Below, one piece after another: positions 8,056-16,102 of a DNA stretch of 32,000 bases. Below the pieces are notes generated by a model, which had not been told where the DNA came from, ran no database searches, and saw only the letters and a list, made by a program, of their open reading frames with translations. Within the stretch, counting starts at the first letter, position 1, and every line of letters starts with the position of its first letter. This DNA comes from Demequinaceae bacterium. Lineage in GTDB: Bacteria; Actinomycetota; Actinomycetes; Actinomycetales; Demequinaceae. The translations under genes and the position numbers were made by a program. The stretch is taken from positions 240,001 through 272,000 of the forward strand of contig OZ252279.1 in NCBI GenBank assembly GCA_965250005.1. The letters run 5' to 3'.

Positions 8056-9359
8056 TCCATGTCTCCGGAAGCCATCAGCGCGTTCCATACTTGGCCGAGG
8101 TTTGAGCCTGCGGCAGCTGTCGTGGTGCGCCATCCGGCTCGTCGGAGCGCCTTCGCGGTGTCCTTCGCGGCCTGTTGGTGTTGCGGGTCGGTGTCCGTGC
8201 GAACGATGGCCCATGCGCGGCCGGCGCCGCCAATCGGGACTAGAATGTCCAGCGCCTCCTTGCTCAGCGGCTCGAACATGCCGACGATGACTTCTCCGGA
8301 CGGTGCCGAGAGCGCGGCCGCTCGGCCTGCTGCGACCAGTTCGTTATTCTCGGAAATGGCGGAGAACGGCTGCTTGAGGTCCACCGTCTGGTTGAGAAGA
8401 GACGCGCGAGCCATGATGCTCGAGTGCTCGCGGCTTTGCCCTGCTACGTCTGGGGGCAGGCCACCGCCGAGTAGCCGCACGGGGTGCCCGCTTTCCAGTA
8501 TGGAAAGGGCGATGGACGCGGAAGCGGAGATCGTCCACTCGAGCGCTTGCGTATCGCGGGGCAGCCCCATGATGACGCTCGCTGGTCGGCGGTCGGCGCG
8601 CTCGTCCGATCGAACGAGCATGGTGCCGTGCTTGGCGGAACTCTTCCAGTGCACTCGGCGGAGGTCATCCCCTTCGCGATAGTCGCGGAGCGCGGTGTCG
8701 TCGGGCGAGGCAGTGCGTGCTCCGAGCACCGCCTGGTCCGCGTGGCCCATCAGTGCGCCTGCGGTGGCGGACAGGTCTACTACAGAGGGCCAGACAATGA
8801 TGTTCTCTGCGGCACCGACCGAGATGTCCGCCGTGACTATTCCGAGCGGATCGGAACTGTGCACCAATGCCGGGCCAAGTGGCCATCGGCCGCGGCTCGT
8901 GGGCCGCAACGGGTACGAAAGAGTGAGCGACGTGGCCGTGCGTGTGACGGTCGCCTTTGCGCCCATGCTGCCTGTGAGTTCTGAGGAGGCCTGCTCCCGG
9001 ATATCGAGGCCGTTGATCATTGCGCGCGAGAAGCTGAGCGACCGGCCCATGCCCCCTGACTCGGCGCCCTCCGACCCGATGCTGACGGTGACCCTACCCG
9101 CGACCCCCACGGTGAGCGGGCGAGGAATGACTTCGCGCCGCGCGATGGGGAACCGGAGCAAGAACGTGTGGATCGACAGCACCATCCATAGTCCCGCGAT
9201 CGTTACCGCGGCGATCATGGTTACTCCGGCGTAGACGAGCGCGGGGCTCGCGAGCCCGACACCCAGGATGGTAACGAGTAGACCGGATACCCCAACGCCA
9301 ATGCCTCGCGACGAGATTAATGTCGCGGAAGCGGAGAGCGAGCTAGGCGCGGGAGGCAT
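8052..9359 (-). CDS. DUF58 domain-containing protein
   Basis: N-terminal hydrophobic segments, ...GDDLRRVHWKSSAKHGTMLVRSDE (DUF58 RxxHWK signature: D-R-I-HW--SA), located between a MoxR ATPase and a transglutaminase. Confidence 0.9.
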   Translation of the reverse strand: MPPAPSSLSASATLISSRGIGVGVSGLLVTILGVGLASPALVYAGVTMIAAVTIAGLWMVLSIHTFLLRFPIARREVIPRPLTVGVAGRVTVSIGSEGAESGGMGRSLSFSRAMINGLDIREQASSELTGSMGAKATVTRTATSLTLSYPLRPTSRGRWPLGPALVHSSDPLGIVTADISVGAAENIIVWPSVVDLSATAGALMGHADQAVLGARTASPDDTALRDYREGDDLRRVHWKSSAKHGTMLVRSDERADRRPASVIMGLPRDTQALEWTISASASIALSILESGHPVRLLGGGLPPDVAGQSREHSSIMARASLLNQTVDLKQPFSAISENNELVAAGRAAALSAPSGEVIVGMFEPLSKEALDILVPIGGAGRAWAIVRTDTDPQHQQAAKDTAKALRRAGWRTTTAAAGSNLGQVWNALMASGDME

Positions 9360-9361
9360 GG

Positions 9362-10387
9362 TTACCGCTGCGACCCCGGTGCCCGAACAGACGGCTCACG
9401 AGCGGGAGCGGCGTTGTGCGCCTCGGTCGGCACCGGCGTGCGCTGGATGATGTCGCGCATGACTTGTTCGGAGTCGCGGCCGGCGAGTCGCGCCTCGGTG
9501 CTGAGGATCATGCGGTGAGACAGAACGCTTGTGGCGATAGCTTTGACGTCGTCCGGGAGTACGTGGTTTCGAGCCCCCAATGCTGCGCGAGCTTTTGATG
9601 CGGCGAGCAACTGTAGGGCCGCTCGCGGCGAGGCGCCGAGCCGCAGTCCGCTCTCCGACCGGGTCGCAGTGACGATGTCGACTACGTATTGCTTGATTGC
9701 GGGAGCTCCGTAGACGCGGCGCGCGATCTGGATTAACTTGCCGATGGTGGCGCCGTCGGTGACAGGGACGACAGCTTCGAGCGGATCGACACCGTCGTGG
9801 CTCTCGAGCATGGCCATTTCGTCGCGGGCCTCGGGATAGCCGAGCGCCACTTGAGCCATGAAGCGGTCGCGCTGGGCCTCCGGCAAGGGGTAGGTTCCCT
9901 CCATCTCGATCGGATTCTGGGTTGCTACCACCAAGAACGGCGAAGGCAGCGCGCGCGTCTCACCGTCGACGGTGACGTTGCGTTCCTGCATGGCTTCGAG
10001 CAGCGCGGATTGGGTCTTGGGGGAGGCGCGGTTAATCTCGTCGGCGATAACCACGTTCGCGAAAATCGGGCCGGGCCGGAATTCGAATTCTTGGCCACCC
10101 GACTTGAAGATGCTGACGCCAGTCACGTCGGAGGGGAGAAGGTCCGGGGTGAACTGGATTCGCCCAACAGAACAGTCGATGGACTTTGCGAAGGCCCGCG
10201 CAAGCGTGGTTTTGCCAACGCCGGGCACATCCTCCATGAGGAGGTGTCCCTCGGCGAGAATTACCGCGAGCGTGGACGTTATCGCGTGGTCAACGCCGGC
10301 CAAGACCGACGAGACAGAGGCGCGAATCCTCATCGTCACATCGGCGACCTGGGCCAACTCTGCTTCGGACGGGACTGGCTGATTCAT
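9362..10387 (-). CDS. MoxR-family AAA+ ATPase
   Basis: HLLMEDVPGVGKTTLARAFAKSIDCSVGRIQFTPDLLPSDVTGVSIF, NEINRASPKTQSALLEAMQERNVTVDG, TQNPIEMEGTYPLPEAQRDRF. Start MNQPVPSEAELAQV at 10387 has AAGGAG upstream; the longer ORF-track start at 10603 is unlikely. Confidence 0.93.
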   Translation of the reverse strand: MNQPVPSEAELAQVADVTMRIRASVSSVLAGVDHAITSTLAVILAEGHLLMEDVPGVGKTTLARAFAKSIDCSVGRIQFTPDLLPSDVTGVSIFKSGGQEFEFRPGPIFANVVIADEINRASPKTQSALLEAMQERNVTVDGETRALPSPFLVVATQNPIEMEGTYPLPEAQRDRFMAQVALGYPEARDEMAMLESHDGVDPLEAVVPVTDGATIGKLIQIARRVYGAPAIKQYVVDIVTATRSESGLRLGASPRAALQLLAASKARAALGARNHVLPDDVKAIATSVLSHRMILSTEARLAGRDSEQVMRDIIQRTPVPTEAHNAAPAREPSVRAPGSQR

Positions 10388-10520
10388 GCAAGCTCCTTTG
10401 CTGGTACCCCTTGAGCCTAATTGATACGGAGATTCCGAAAAGTCCTCCACTCCGCCGTTGTGCCTTTTACCTGCGATGTTCTGTTCAGATCTGGTCGATT
10501 CTCGACGGGACTTGCCTTTT

Positions 10521-10570
10521 GTGGAGTGAAGTGGAGTAAAGTGGGGCGCACTGGTGAGTAGTGGCGCAAG
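10521..10570 (+). promoter_or_regulatory. Five 10-bp-phased direct repeats upstream of mraZ: candidate MraZ-binding operator array
   Basis: GTGGAGTGAA / GTGGAGTAAA / GTGGGGCGCA / CTGGTGAGTA / GTGGCGCAAG, each exactly 10 bp, ending at the mraZ ribosome-binding site. Known MraZ operators are closely spaced TGGG-type direct repeats upstream of mraZ. Confidence 0.72.
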
Positions 10571-10582
10571 GAGGTGATGCTC

Positions 10583-11050
10583 ATGTCGGATGCTGCTGTG
10601 CACGGTCTGGGCCCCACCGGGGTCTTCCTCGGCACGTTCACCCCTCGGCTTGATGACAAGGGGCGGCTGATCCTGCCCGCGAAGTTCCGGGGTCGCCTGT
10701 CAACAGGGCTGGTGCTGACGCGTGGACTCGACCGCTGCATCTTCATGTTCCCTGTTGACGAATTCACCGCTGTTCACGAACGCCTGCGCCGTGCGCCCCT
10801 CGAGAACAAGAACGCGCGGGACTACCTGCGCAACTTCCTTGGCTACGCGAGCGATGAGCTCCCGGACAAGCAGGGGCGAATCCTCCTCGCTCCCGCCTTG
10901 CGCGAGTATGCGGGCATCGATCGAGACGTCGCCGTGGTGGGGCTCGGTACCCGAGTCGAACTATGGGACGTCAAGGCGTGGGACGCGTACCTAGCCAGCC
11001 ACGAGGACGACTACGCCCAAACAGCGAAGGAGGTCTTCGAGGACATCTAA
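10583..11050 (+). CDS. mraZ: Transcriptional regulator MraZ
   Basis: FLGTFTPRLDDKGRLILPAKFR...LVLTRGLDRCIFMFP... plus second SpoVT-AbrB-like repeat DKQGRILLAPALREYAGIDRDVAVVGLGTRVELWD; AAGGAGG 8 nt before ATG 10583. Confidence 0.93.
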   Translation: MSDAAVHGLGPTGVFLGTFTPRLDDKGRLILPAKFRGRLSTGLVLTRGLDRCIFMFPVDEFTAVHERLRRAPLENKNARDYLRNFLGYASDELPDKQGRILLAPALREYAGIDRDVAVVGLGTRVELWDVKAWDAYLASHEDDYAQTAKEVFEDI

Positions 11051-11096
11051 GACTCAACGATGCCAGTCGTGTCGTGCGGCCTCTCTCCCGCGCGCA

Positions 11097-11122
11097 CTCT
11101 GGGGCACTTCCCCGCCCCAGAG
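11097..11122 (+). ncRNA. Candidate mraW RNA motif: cis-regulatory hairpin in the leader of rsmH
   Basis: CTCTGGGGC-acttcccc-GCCCCAGAG: 9-bp perfect stem with loop containing CUUCCCC, located between mraZ and rsmH(mraW) and a few nt upstream of its GGAGGG Shine-Dalgarno. This matches my recollection of the actinobacterial mraW RNA motif. Confidence 0.72.
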
Positions 11123-11140
11123 CCGCCGGAGGGAGACCAC

Positions 11141-12157
11141 GTGACACGAATGGCAGACGTCGCGTCTGAAAGGAGTGTGAGGGTGAGCGTCAGCCCGTAC
11201 CGGCACGTGCCGGTGATGCTCGACCGCTGCGTCGAGTTACTGGAGCCTGCCCTGTCGCGCTCCGGCGCCGTCGCAATTGACGGGACGCTAGGTATGGGCG
11301 GCCATACCGAGGCCCTTCTGGAACGTTGCCCTAAGGCCGTGGTGGTCGGCATTGACAGGGACGCTGATGCCATCGCACTCGCTTCCGAGCGACTTGCGCC
11401 ATACGGCGAGCGCTTCCGCGCCCACCACGCCGAGTACGACGACATCCCGGGCGCACTGGCGCTCGCGGGGGCAACTCGCGCCGACGCGATCCTGCTCGAC
11501 CTGGGAGTCTCGAGCCTGCAAATCGACGAGGCGGACCGCGGCTTTAGCTACGCGAGCGACGCCCTCCTTGACATGCGGATGAACCGAGATGATGAGCGCA
11601 CCGCTGCAGACATTCTTAGAGATGAATCCGTTTTCGAACTCACTCGGATCTTCCGCGAATTTGGCGAGGAGCGGTTCGCGGGAGGGATCGCGAAGGCGAT
11701 CGTGCGGCGACGTGAAATCGAGCCCATAACTCGTAGCGGTGACCTGGTCGAACTGGTGAGCGCGTCGATGCCTGCGGCCGCCCGGTATTCCGGGGGCAAC
11801 CCAGCCAAGCGCGTGTTCCAGGCGCTGCGGATCGCCGTCAATCGGGAACTCGATGTGCTGGCGCGCGCGCTACCGGCTTCTGTCGCGGCTATCAGCGTTG
11901 GAGGCCGGGCGGTGGCAATGGCGTATCACTCGCTCGAGGACCGCATGGTGAAGCGCGAGTTCGCGGCCGGCGCCGCGACCACGGCCCCTCCCGGGATGCC
12001 AGTGGTGCGCGACGAAGACCAGCCGTACTTGCGTCTCCTCACGCGCGGCGCCGAGAAGTCTGATGATGCCGAGATTGCGAGGAACTCACGATCCAAACCT
12101 GTGCGCTTGCGCGCGGTCGAACGGACTCGCGAGGCCCCGATGCGGAGCGCGGCGTGA
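11141..12157 (+). CDS. rsmH: 16S rRNA (cytosine1402-N4)-methyltransferase RsmH (MraW)
   Basis: YRHVPVMLDRCVELLEP...AIDGTLGMGGHTEALLERCP...GIDRDADAIALASERL...ILLDLGVSSLQIDEADRGFSY...DMRM, EERFAGGIAKAIV, KRVFQALRIAVNRELD, SYHSLEDRMVKREF. Start GTG 11141 chosen from GGAGGG at 11128; ATG 11150 is possible. Confidence 0.95.
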   Translation: MTRMADVASERSVRVSVSPYRHVPVMLDRCVELLEPALSRSGAVAIDGTLGMGGHTEALLERCPKAVVVGIDRDADAIALASERLAPYGERFRAHHAEYDDIPGALALAGATRADAILLDLGVSSLQIDEADRGFSYASDALLDMRMNRDDERTAADILRDESVFELTRIFREFGEERFAGGIAKAIVRRREIEPITRSGDLVELVSASMPAAARYSGGNPAKRVFQALRIAVNRELDVLARALPASVAAISVGGRAVAMAYHSLEDRMVKREFAAGAATTAPPGMPVVRDEDQPYLRLLTRGAEKSDDAEIARNSRSKPVRLRAVERTREAPMRSAA

Positions 12158-12564
12158 GCGCCGTTGCGCGGCTCGACCGCGCATTTCCTACTCCGGCCCC
12201 ACCACCCGCAGGCTCGCCCGCGCCCGCTCGTCGCGCACATCTCGCCCCGGTCGCCGCTCCCGAACACTCGCGATCGATGGTGCCGTTCTTCGTTCTGTGC
12301 TTCGCGATCATCGTGGGCGCGCTCGTCGCCGTGCTAGTACTCAACACCTCGATGGCTGCTGCGGCGTACGAATCGCGCGACTTGCGAATCGAGCTCGCGA
12401 CCCTGACCGAACAGCGAGGTGACCTCCTCGCGCGACTAGACACGAACGCAGCACCGCAACGGCTCGCCGCGCAGGCTGAGCAACTCGGGATGGTCCCTGC
12501 AAGCGCGATCGGCTTCCTGTCCATAGAGGGCCAGACAGTGGTTGGCGGGGGAGCCGGCGAGTGA
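12154..12564 (+). CDS. ftsL: FtsL-like/septum formation initiator small single-pass membrane protein
   Basis: Position between rsmH and ftsI; Pro-rich cytoplasmic N-terminus, one TM (MVPFFVLCFAIIVGALVAVLVL), short coiled-coil-like C-terminal domain. GTGA overlap with rsmH. Confidence 0.75.
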   Translation: MSAVARLDRAFPTPAPPPAGSPAPARRAHLAPVAAPEHSRSMVPFFVLCFAIIVGALVAVLVLNTSMAAAAYESRDLRIELATLTEQRGDLLARLDTNAAPQRLAAQAEQLGMVPASAIGFLSIEGQTVVGGGAGE

Positions 12565-14540
12565 CCGCGCCCACGGGCCGCCGTGCTAAGAAGGCAGCCA
12601 GAGTGTCGCGCTCGGGCAGACGTCGCGGGCCGACAACGGCACGCGGCGCGACGGGCACACGTCCGTATCGCGAAGCGCGTCCGGAGATTCCTCGTCCGCC
12701 ACACACGCGTGGAGCCGTTCGATACGAGAGCGCGCGCACGCGCCCTGGCCAGCAACGCGCCTCGCCCCTCGCCCCTCGAATCGGGTTGCCGCGCAGGCGG
12801 CAGGGCGTACTGACGGCGATTATGCTGTTGGTCCTCGGAGTATTCGCCGCGCGCCTGGTTCAGGTGCAGGCTATCGACGCGCCGGAGCTCGCAGCGGAGG
12901 CACTGGGGCAGCGGCTTGTCACCAGCCAGATCGATGTCCAGCGTGCCGACATTGTGGACCGCAATGGTGCGGTGTTGGCGACGTCAATTGAGCGCGTCCA
13001 TATATGGGTCAACCAGGAGAAGATTGCTGACTGGAAGCGCGTGAGCAACGGTCAGACGCTAGCTGCCGGGCCGGGCGACGCTGCGCGCATTCTCGCGCCC
13101 ATCCTCGGGATGGAGGAGCAGCAACTAGAGGCGCTATTGACCGGAGAGAGATCTTTTCAGTACCTCGCAAGAGATATCTCGAATGACGTGTGGGACCTGG
13201 TCAGTGCAGAGCGGATCGCCGGCCTCGACTTTGAGCCGACATCCGAGCGCATCTATCCAAATGGGGCGGTCGCGGGCAATGTGATCGGATTCGTGGGAGG
13301 CCGCGATGACGTCGCTGGCCGGTGGGGGATCGCCGGTCTCGAATACGCATTCGAGGAGGCGCTGCTAGGCACGCCAGGCTCGCTCACGTATGAACGCGGC
13401 GGCGGAAACCTCGTGATTCCTACAGGCGTCCGCGAGGAGTCGCCGGCCGTGCCGGGGTCGACTCTTGTCACCACGCTCGATCGCGATTTGCAGTGGCTCA
13501 CTCAGCAGCGGCTCGCGCGTGCTCTCACAGACACGGGCGCCGAGTCCGGCGTGATCATCGTCGAGGACATTCGCACGGGCGAGATTTATGCGCTTGCGGA
13601 CTCGTCGAGTGTCGATCCCCGTGATGCGGGCGCCTCGGCTGCGGCCGACCGCGGGTCGCGCGCCGCCTCCTCAGTGTTTGAGCCCGGCTCAACCGGGAAG
13701 ATCATCACGATGGCGGCGCTAATCGAGGAGGGGCTGGCAACACCGACGTCCCGGTATATAGCGCCATTCGAGTACGCGACCAACAACGGCCAGGTCTTCC
13801 GCGACTCTCACGAACACGCCGATTGGCAATTGACGCTTGCGGGCATCCTGGTGCGGTCGTCCAACACGGGCACCGTACGGGCCGGCCAGCGACTCACGCT
13901 CGACCAGCGCTACGACTACTTGAGCACGTTCGGGCTTGGTGACCGCACGGGCGTAGGACTGCCAGGCGAGTCGGGAGGCATTCTCCACGACTCCGGAGAC
14001 TGGGACGGGCGCACCAAGTTCGCCGTGCTCTTTGGGCAGGGAGTCTCGGTAACGGCACTCCAAACCACGCAGGTGTATGCGACCATCGCCAACGGCGGGG
14101 TGCGCGTCCAACCCACCGTAGTCCAAGGCTTCGAGCAGGCCGATGGCACGTTCGTGCCCCGTGATGTCGCCGATCCCGAACGTGTCATCTCTGAGGACAC
14201 AGCGGCTCAGCTCATGCGGATGCTTGAGTCCGTTGTCGCTGACGGCACCGGACAGCTAGCCCAGGTGGACAGTTACCGGGTCGCGGGAAAGACCGGGACC
14301 GCCCAGGCGGCAGGGCCGGACGGCGAGATGACATCAATTGTGGCGTCGTTTGTTGGCGTCGCGCCCGCAGACAACCCGCGTATCGTCGTATCCGTGATCC
14401 TGTTCAACCCGCAATCCTCTGTGTGGGGCGGTGACGTAGCGGCCCCGGTCTTCGCCGACGTCATGACGCAAGCACTTCAGGCGCTCAGGGTGCCTCCGAG
14501 CGTCGGCGACGCGAACCCCTACCCCATTACTTGGGAGTGA
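12561..14540 (+). CDS. ftsI: Penicillin-binding protein 2/3 family transpeptidase (FtsI-type)
   Basis: PBP dimerisation region DRNGAVLATSIERVHIW; active site FEPGSTGKIITMAAL (SxxK), SSNTGT (SxN), YRVAGKTGTAQ (KTG). Overlaps the ftsL-like gene by GTGA. Confidence 0.93.
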   Translation: MTAPTGRRAKKAARVSRSGRRRGPTTARGATGTRPYREARPEIPRPPHTRGAVRYESARTRPGQQRASPLAPRIGLPRRRQGVLTAIMLLVLGVFAARLVQVQAIDAPELAAEALGQRLVTSQIDVQRADIVDRNGAVLATSIERVHIWVNQEKIADWKRVSNGQTLAAGPGDAARILAPILGMEEQQLEALLTGERSFQYLARDISNDVWDLVSAERIAGLDFEPTSERIYPNGAVAGNVIGFVGGRDDVAGRWGIAGLEYAFEEALLGTPGSLTYERGGGNLVIPTGVREESPAVPGSTLVTTLDRDLQWLTQQRLARALTDTGAESGVIIVEDIRTGEIYALADSSSVDPRDAGASAAADRGSRAASSVFEPGSTGKIITMAALIEEGLATPTSRYIAPFEYATNNGQVFRDSHEHADWQLTLAGILVRSSNTGTVRAGQRLTLDQRYDYLSTFGLGDRTGVGLPGESGGILHDSGDWDGRTKFAVLFGQGVSVTALQTTQVYATIANGGVRVQPTVVQGFEQADGTFVPRDVADPERVISEDTAAQLMRMLESVVADGTGQLAQVDSYRVAGKTGTAQAAGPDGEMTSIVASFVGVAPADNPRIVVSVILFNPQSSVWGGDVAAPVFADVMTQALQALRVPPSVGDANPYPITWE

Positions 14541-16102
14541 CGGTGGACCAGATGAGGCTGCGCCCCAACAGCGTCGTCCCGCTCGACCTCGCAGAAATTG
14601 TGGACGTCGCGCAAGCAGACGTCACGGGCGATACCGCTGGCGTATTAGTAACCGGCGCGAGCGTCGACTCTCACAACGTTCAGCCCGGGGACGTGTTTGG
14701 TGCGGTTCCCGGACTCAAGCAGCACGGTGCGGGCTACGTGAAAGACGCGGTCCAGTCTGGAGCGGTCGCCGTTCTGACGGATGTGGAAGGTGCCGAGATT
14801 GCCGGCGATTGTGGTGTCCCCGTGCTCGTTGTCGACGAGCCGCGCGCGGCCATGGGGCTCGCCGCGTCGAACATCTACGGCCATCCGTCCCAAGCGTTGA
14901 CATTCGTCGGCGTCACCGGAACAAACGGCAAGACCACGACTGCCTACTTTATCGACGCTGCACTGTCGCAGGTGCACCACAGGCGTGGACTCATGGGTAC
15001 CGTCGAGTTGCGGATCGGCGACGAGGCGATAGAGAGCCCACGCACCACCGTCGAGGCGCCGGTGCTGCACGCGATGCTCGCGCGGATGATTGAGGATGGC
15101 GTCACTGCTGCGATCACCGAGGTTTCATCACATGCCGCTGCACTCGACCGGATTGCGGGCGTCGACTTCTCTCTTGCGGTCTTCACCAACCTTCAGTGGG
15201 ACCATCTGGACTTCCATAAGACGATGGACAGGTATTTCGCCGACAAGTCCAGGCTGTTCGCCCCGGGTCGCGCCCGGAAGGGCGTGGTGTGCATCGATGA
15301 CGAATGGGGCGCCAAGCTCGCGGCGGAGGCGCAAATCCCGGTGGTGTCGGTCGCGACCCGCCCAGAGACACGTGGCGGCGACTGGCGCGTCGAAAACGCG
15401 GTGGTGGGACTCGACGGAGTGGGATCTAACTTCGAACTGGTCGAGCCGGGGGGGCGACGATACGTCGCGACCAGCCCGCTCCCTGGGCTTGTCAATGTGT
15501 CGAATGCGGCAGTCGCGATAGTCGCAGGTGTCGAGGTAGGGGTGCCGATCGACGACGCGCTCGCGGGAGTCGCAAGCGCGCACGAAATCCCAGGCCGCAT
15601 GGAACGAGTGATCGAGCGCAGCGAGCGCGACCCGCTGGCGATAGTCGACTACGCACACACTCCGGACGCGCTAACCCTCGCGCTCCAGGGTGTGCGGCCC
15701 ATTACTGCGGGCAGGCTCATTCTGATCCTCGGGTCTGACGGAGACCGCGACCAAGGCAAGCGCCCCGTGATGGGAGAGATCGCCGCGAACCTGGCTGACG
15801 TCATCGTCCTGACCGACGAGAACCCGCGCTCGGAGGATCCGGCTGCCGTCCGGGCCGCCATCCGGGACGGAATCCAGAAGGTGCGCCCAGACCTCCACGA
15901 CGTGCACGAGGTTCACCCGCGTATTGACGCGGTCGCCTTCGGGTTGCGGCTGGGCGGCCCCGGCGACACCGTCATCGTCACGGGCAAGGGTCATGAGCCA
16001 ACGCAGGAAGTCGCGGGGGTATTTAGCCGCTACAACGACCGCGACGCCTACCTCTCCGCTCAACGCGTGATTGAAGCCGAGCGCGAAGCGGGCTCTCCGT
16101 GA
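14537..16102 (+). CDS. murE: UDP-N-acetylmuramoyl-tripeptide synthetase MurE
   Basis: [95 protein letters not shown]. Start taken at GTG 14537 (GTGA overlap with ftsI). Confidence 0.95.
   Translation: MTVDQMRLRPNSVVPLDLAEIVDVAQADVTGDTAGVLVTGASVDSHNVQPGDVFGAVPGLKQHGAGYVKDAVQSGAVAVLTDVEGAEIAGDCGVPVLVVDEPRAAMGLAASNIYGHPSQALTFVGVTGTNGKTTTAYFIDAALSQVHHRRGLMGTVELRIGDEAIESPRTTVEAPVLHAMLARMIEDGVTAAITEVSSHAAALDRIAGVDFSLAVFTNLQWDHLDFHKTMDRYFADKSRLFAPGRARKGVVCIDDEWGAKLAAEAQIPVVSVATRPETRGGDWRVENAVVGLDGVGSNFELVEPGGRRYVATSPLPGLVNVSNAAVAIVAGVEVGVPIDDALAGVASAHEIPGRMERVIERSERDPLAIVDYAHTPDALTLALQGVRPITAGRLILILGSDGDRDQGKRPVMGEIAANLADVIVLTDENPRSEDPAAVRAAIRDGIQKVRPDLHDVHEVHPRIDAVAFGLRLGGPGDTVIVTGKGHEPTQEVAGVFSRYNDRDAYLSAQRVIEAEREAGSP

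Noticed and set aside
12341-12755. Minus-strand ORFs opposite ftsL/ftsI start (12039..12755, 12341..12739)
   Set aside because: Plus-strand frames have GTGA coupling, a TM and PBP context. Minus translations are R/P/A-rich without motifs.
14645-15070. 141-aa minus-strand ORF opposite murE
   Set aside because: Antisense to the MurE ATP-binding motif; no independent support.
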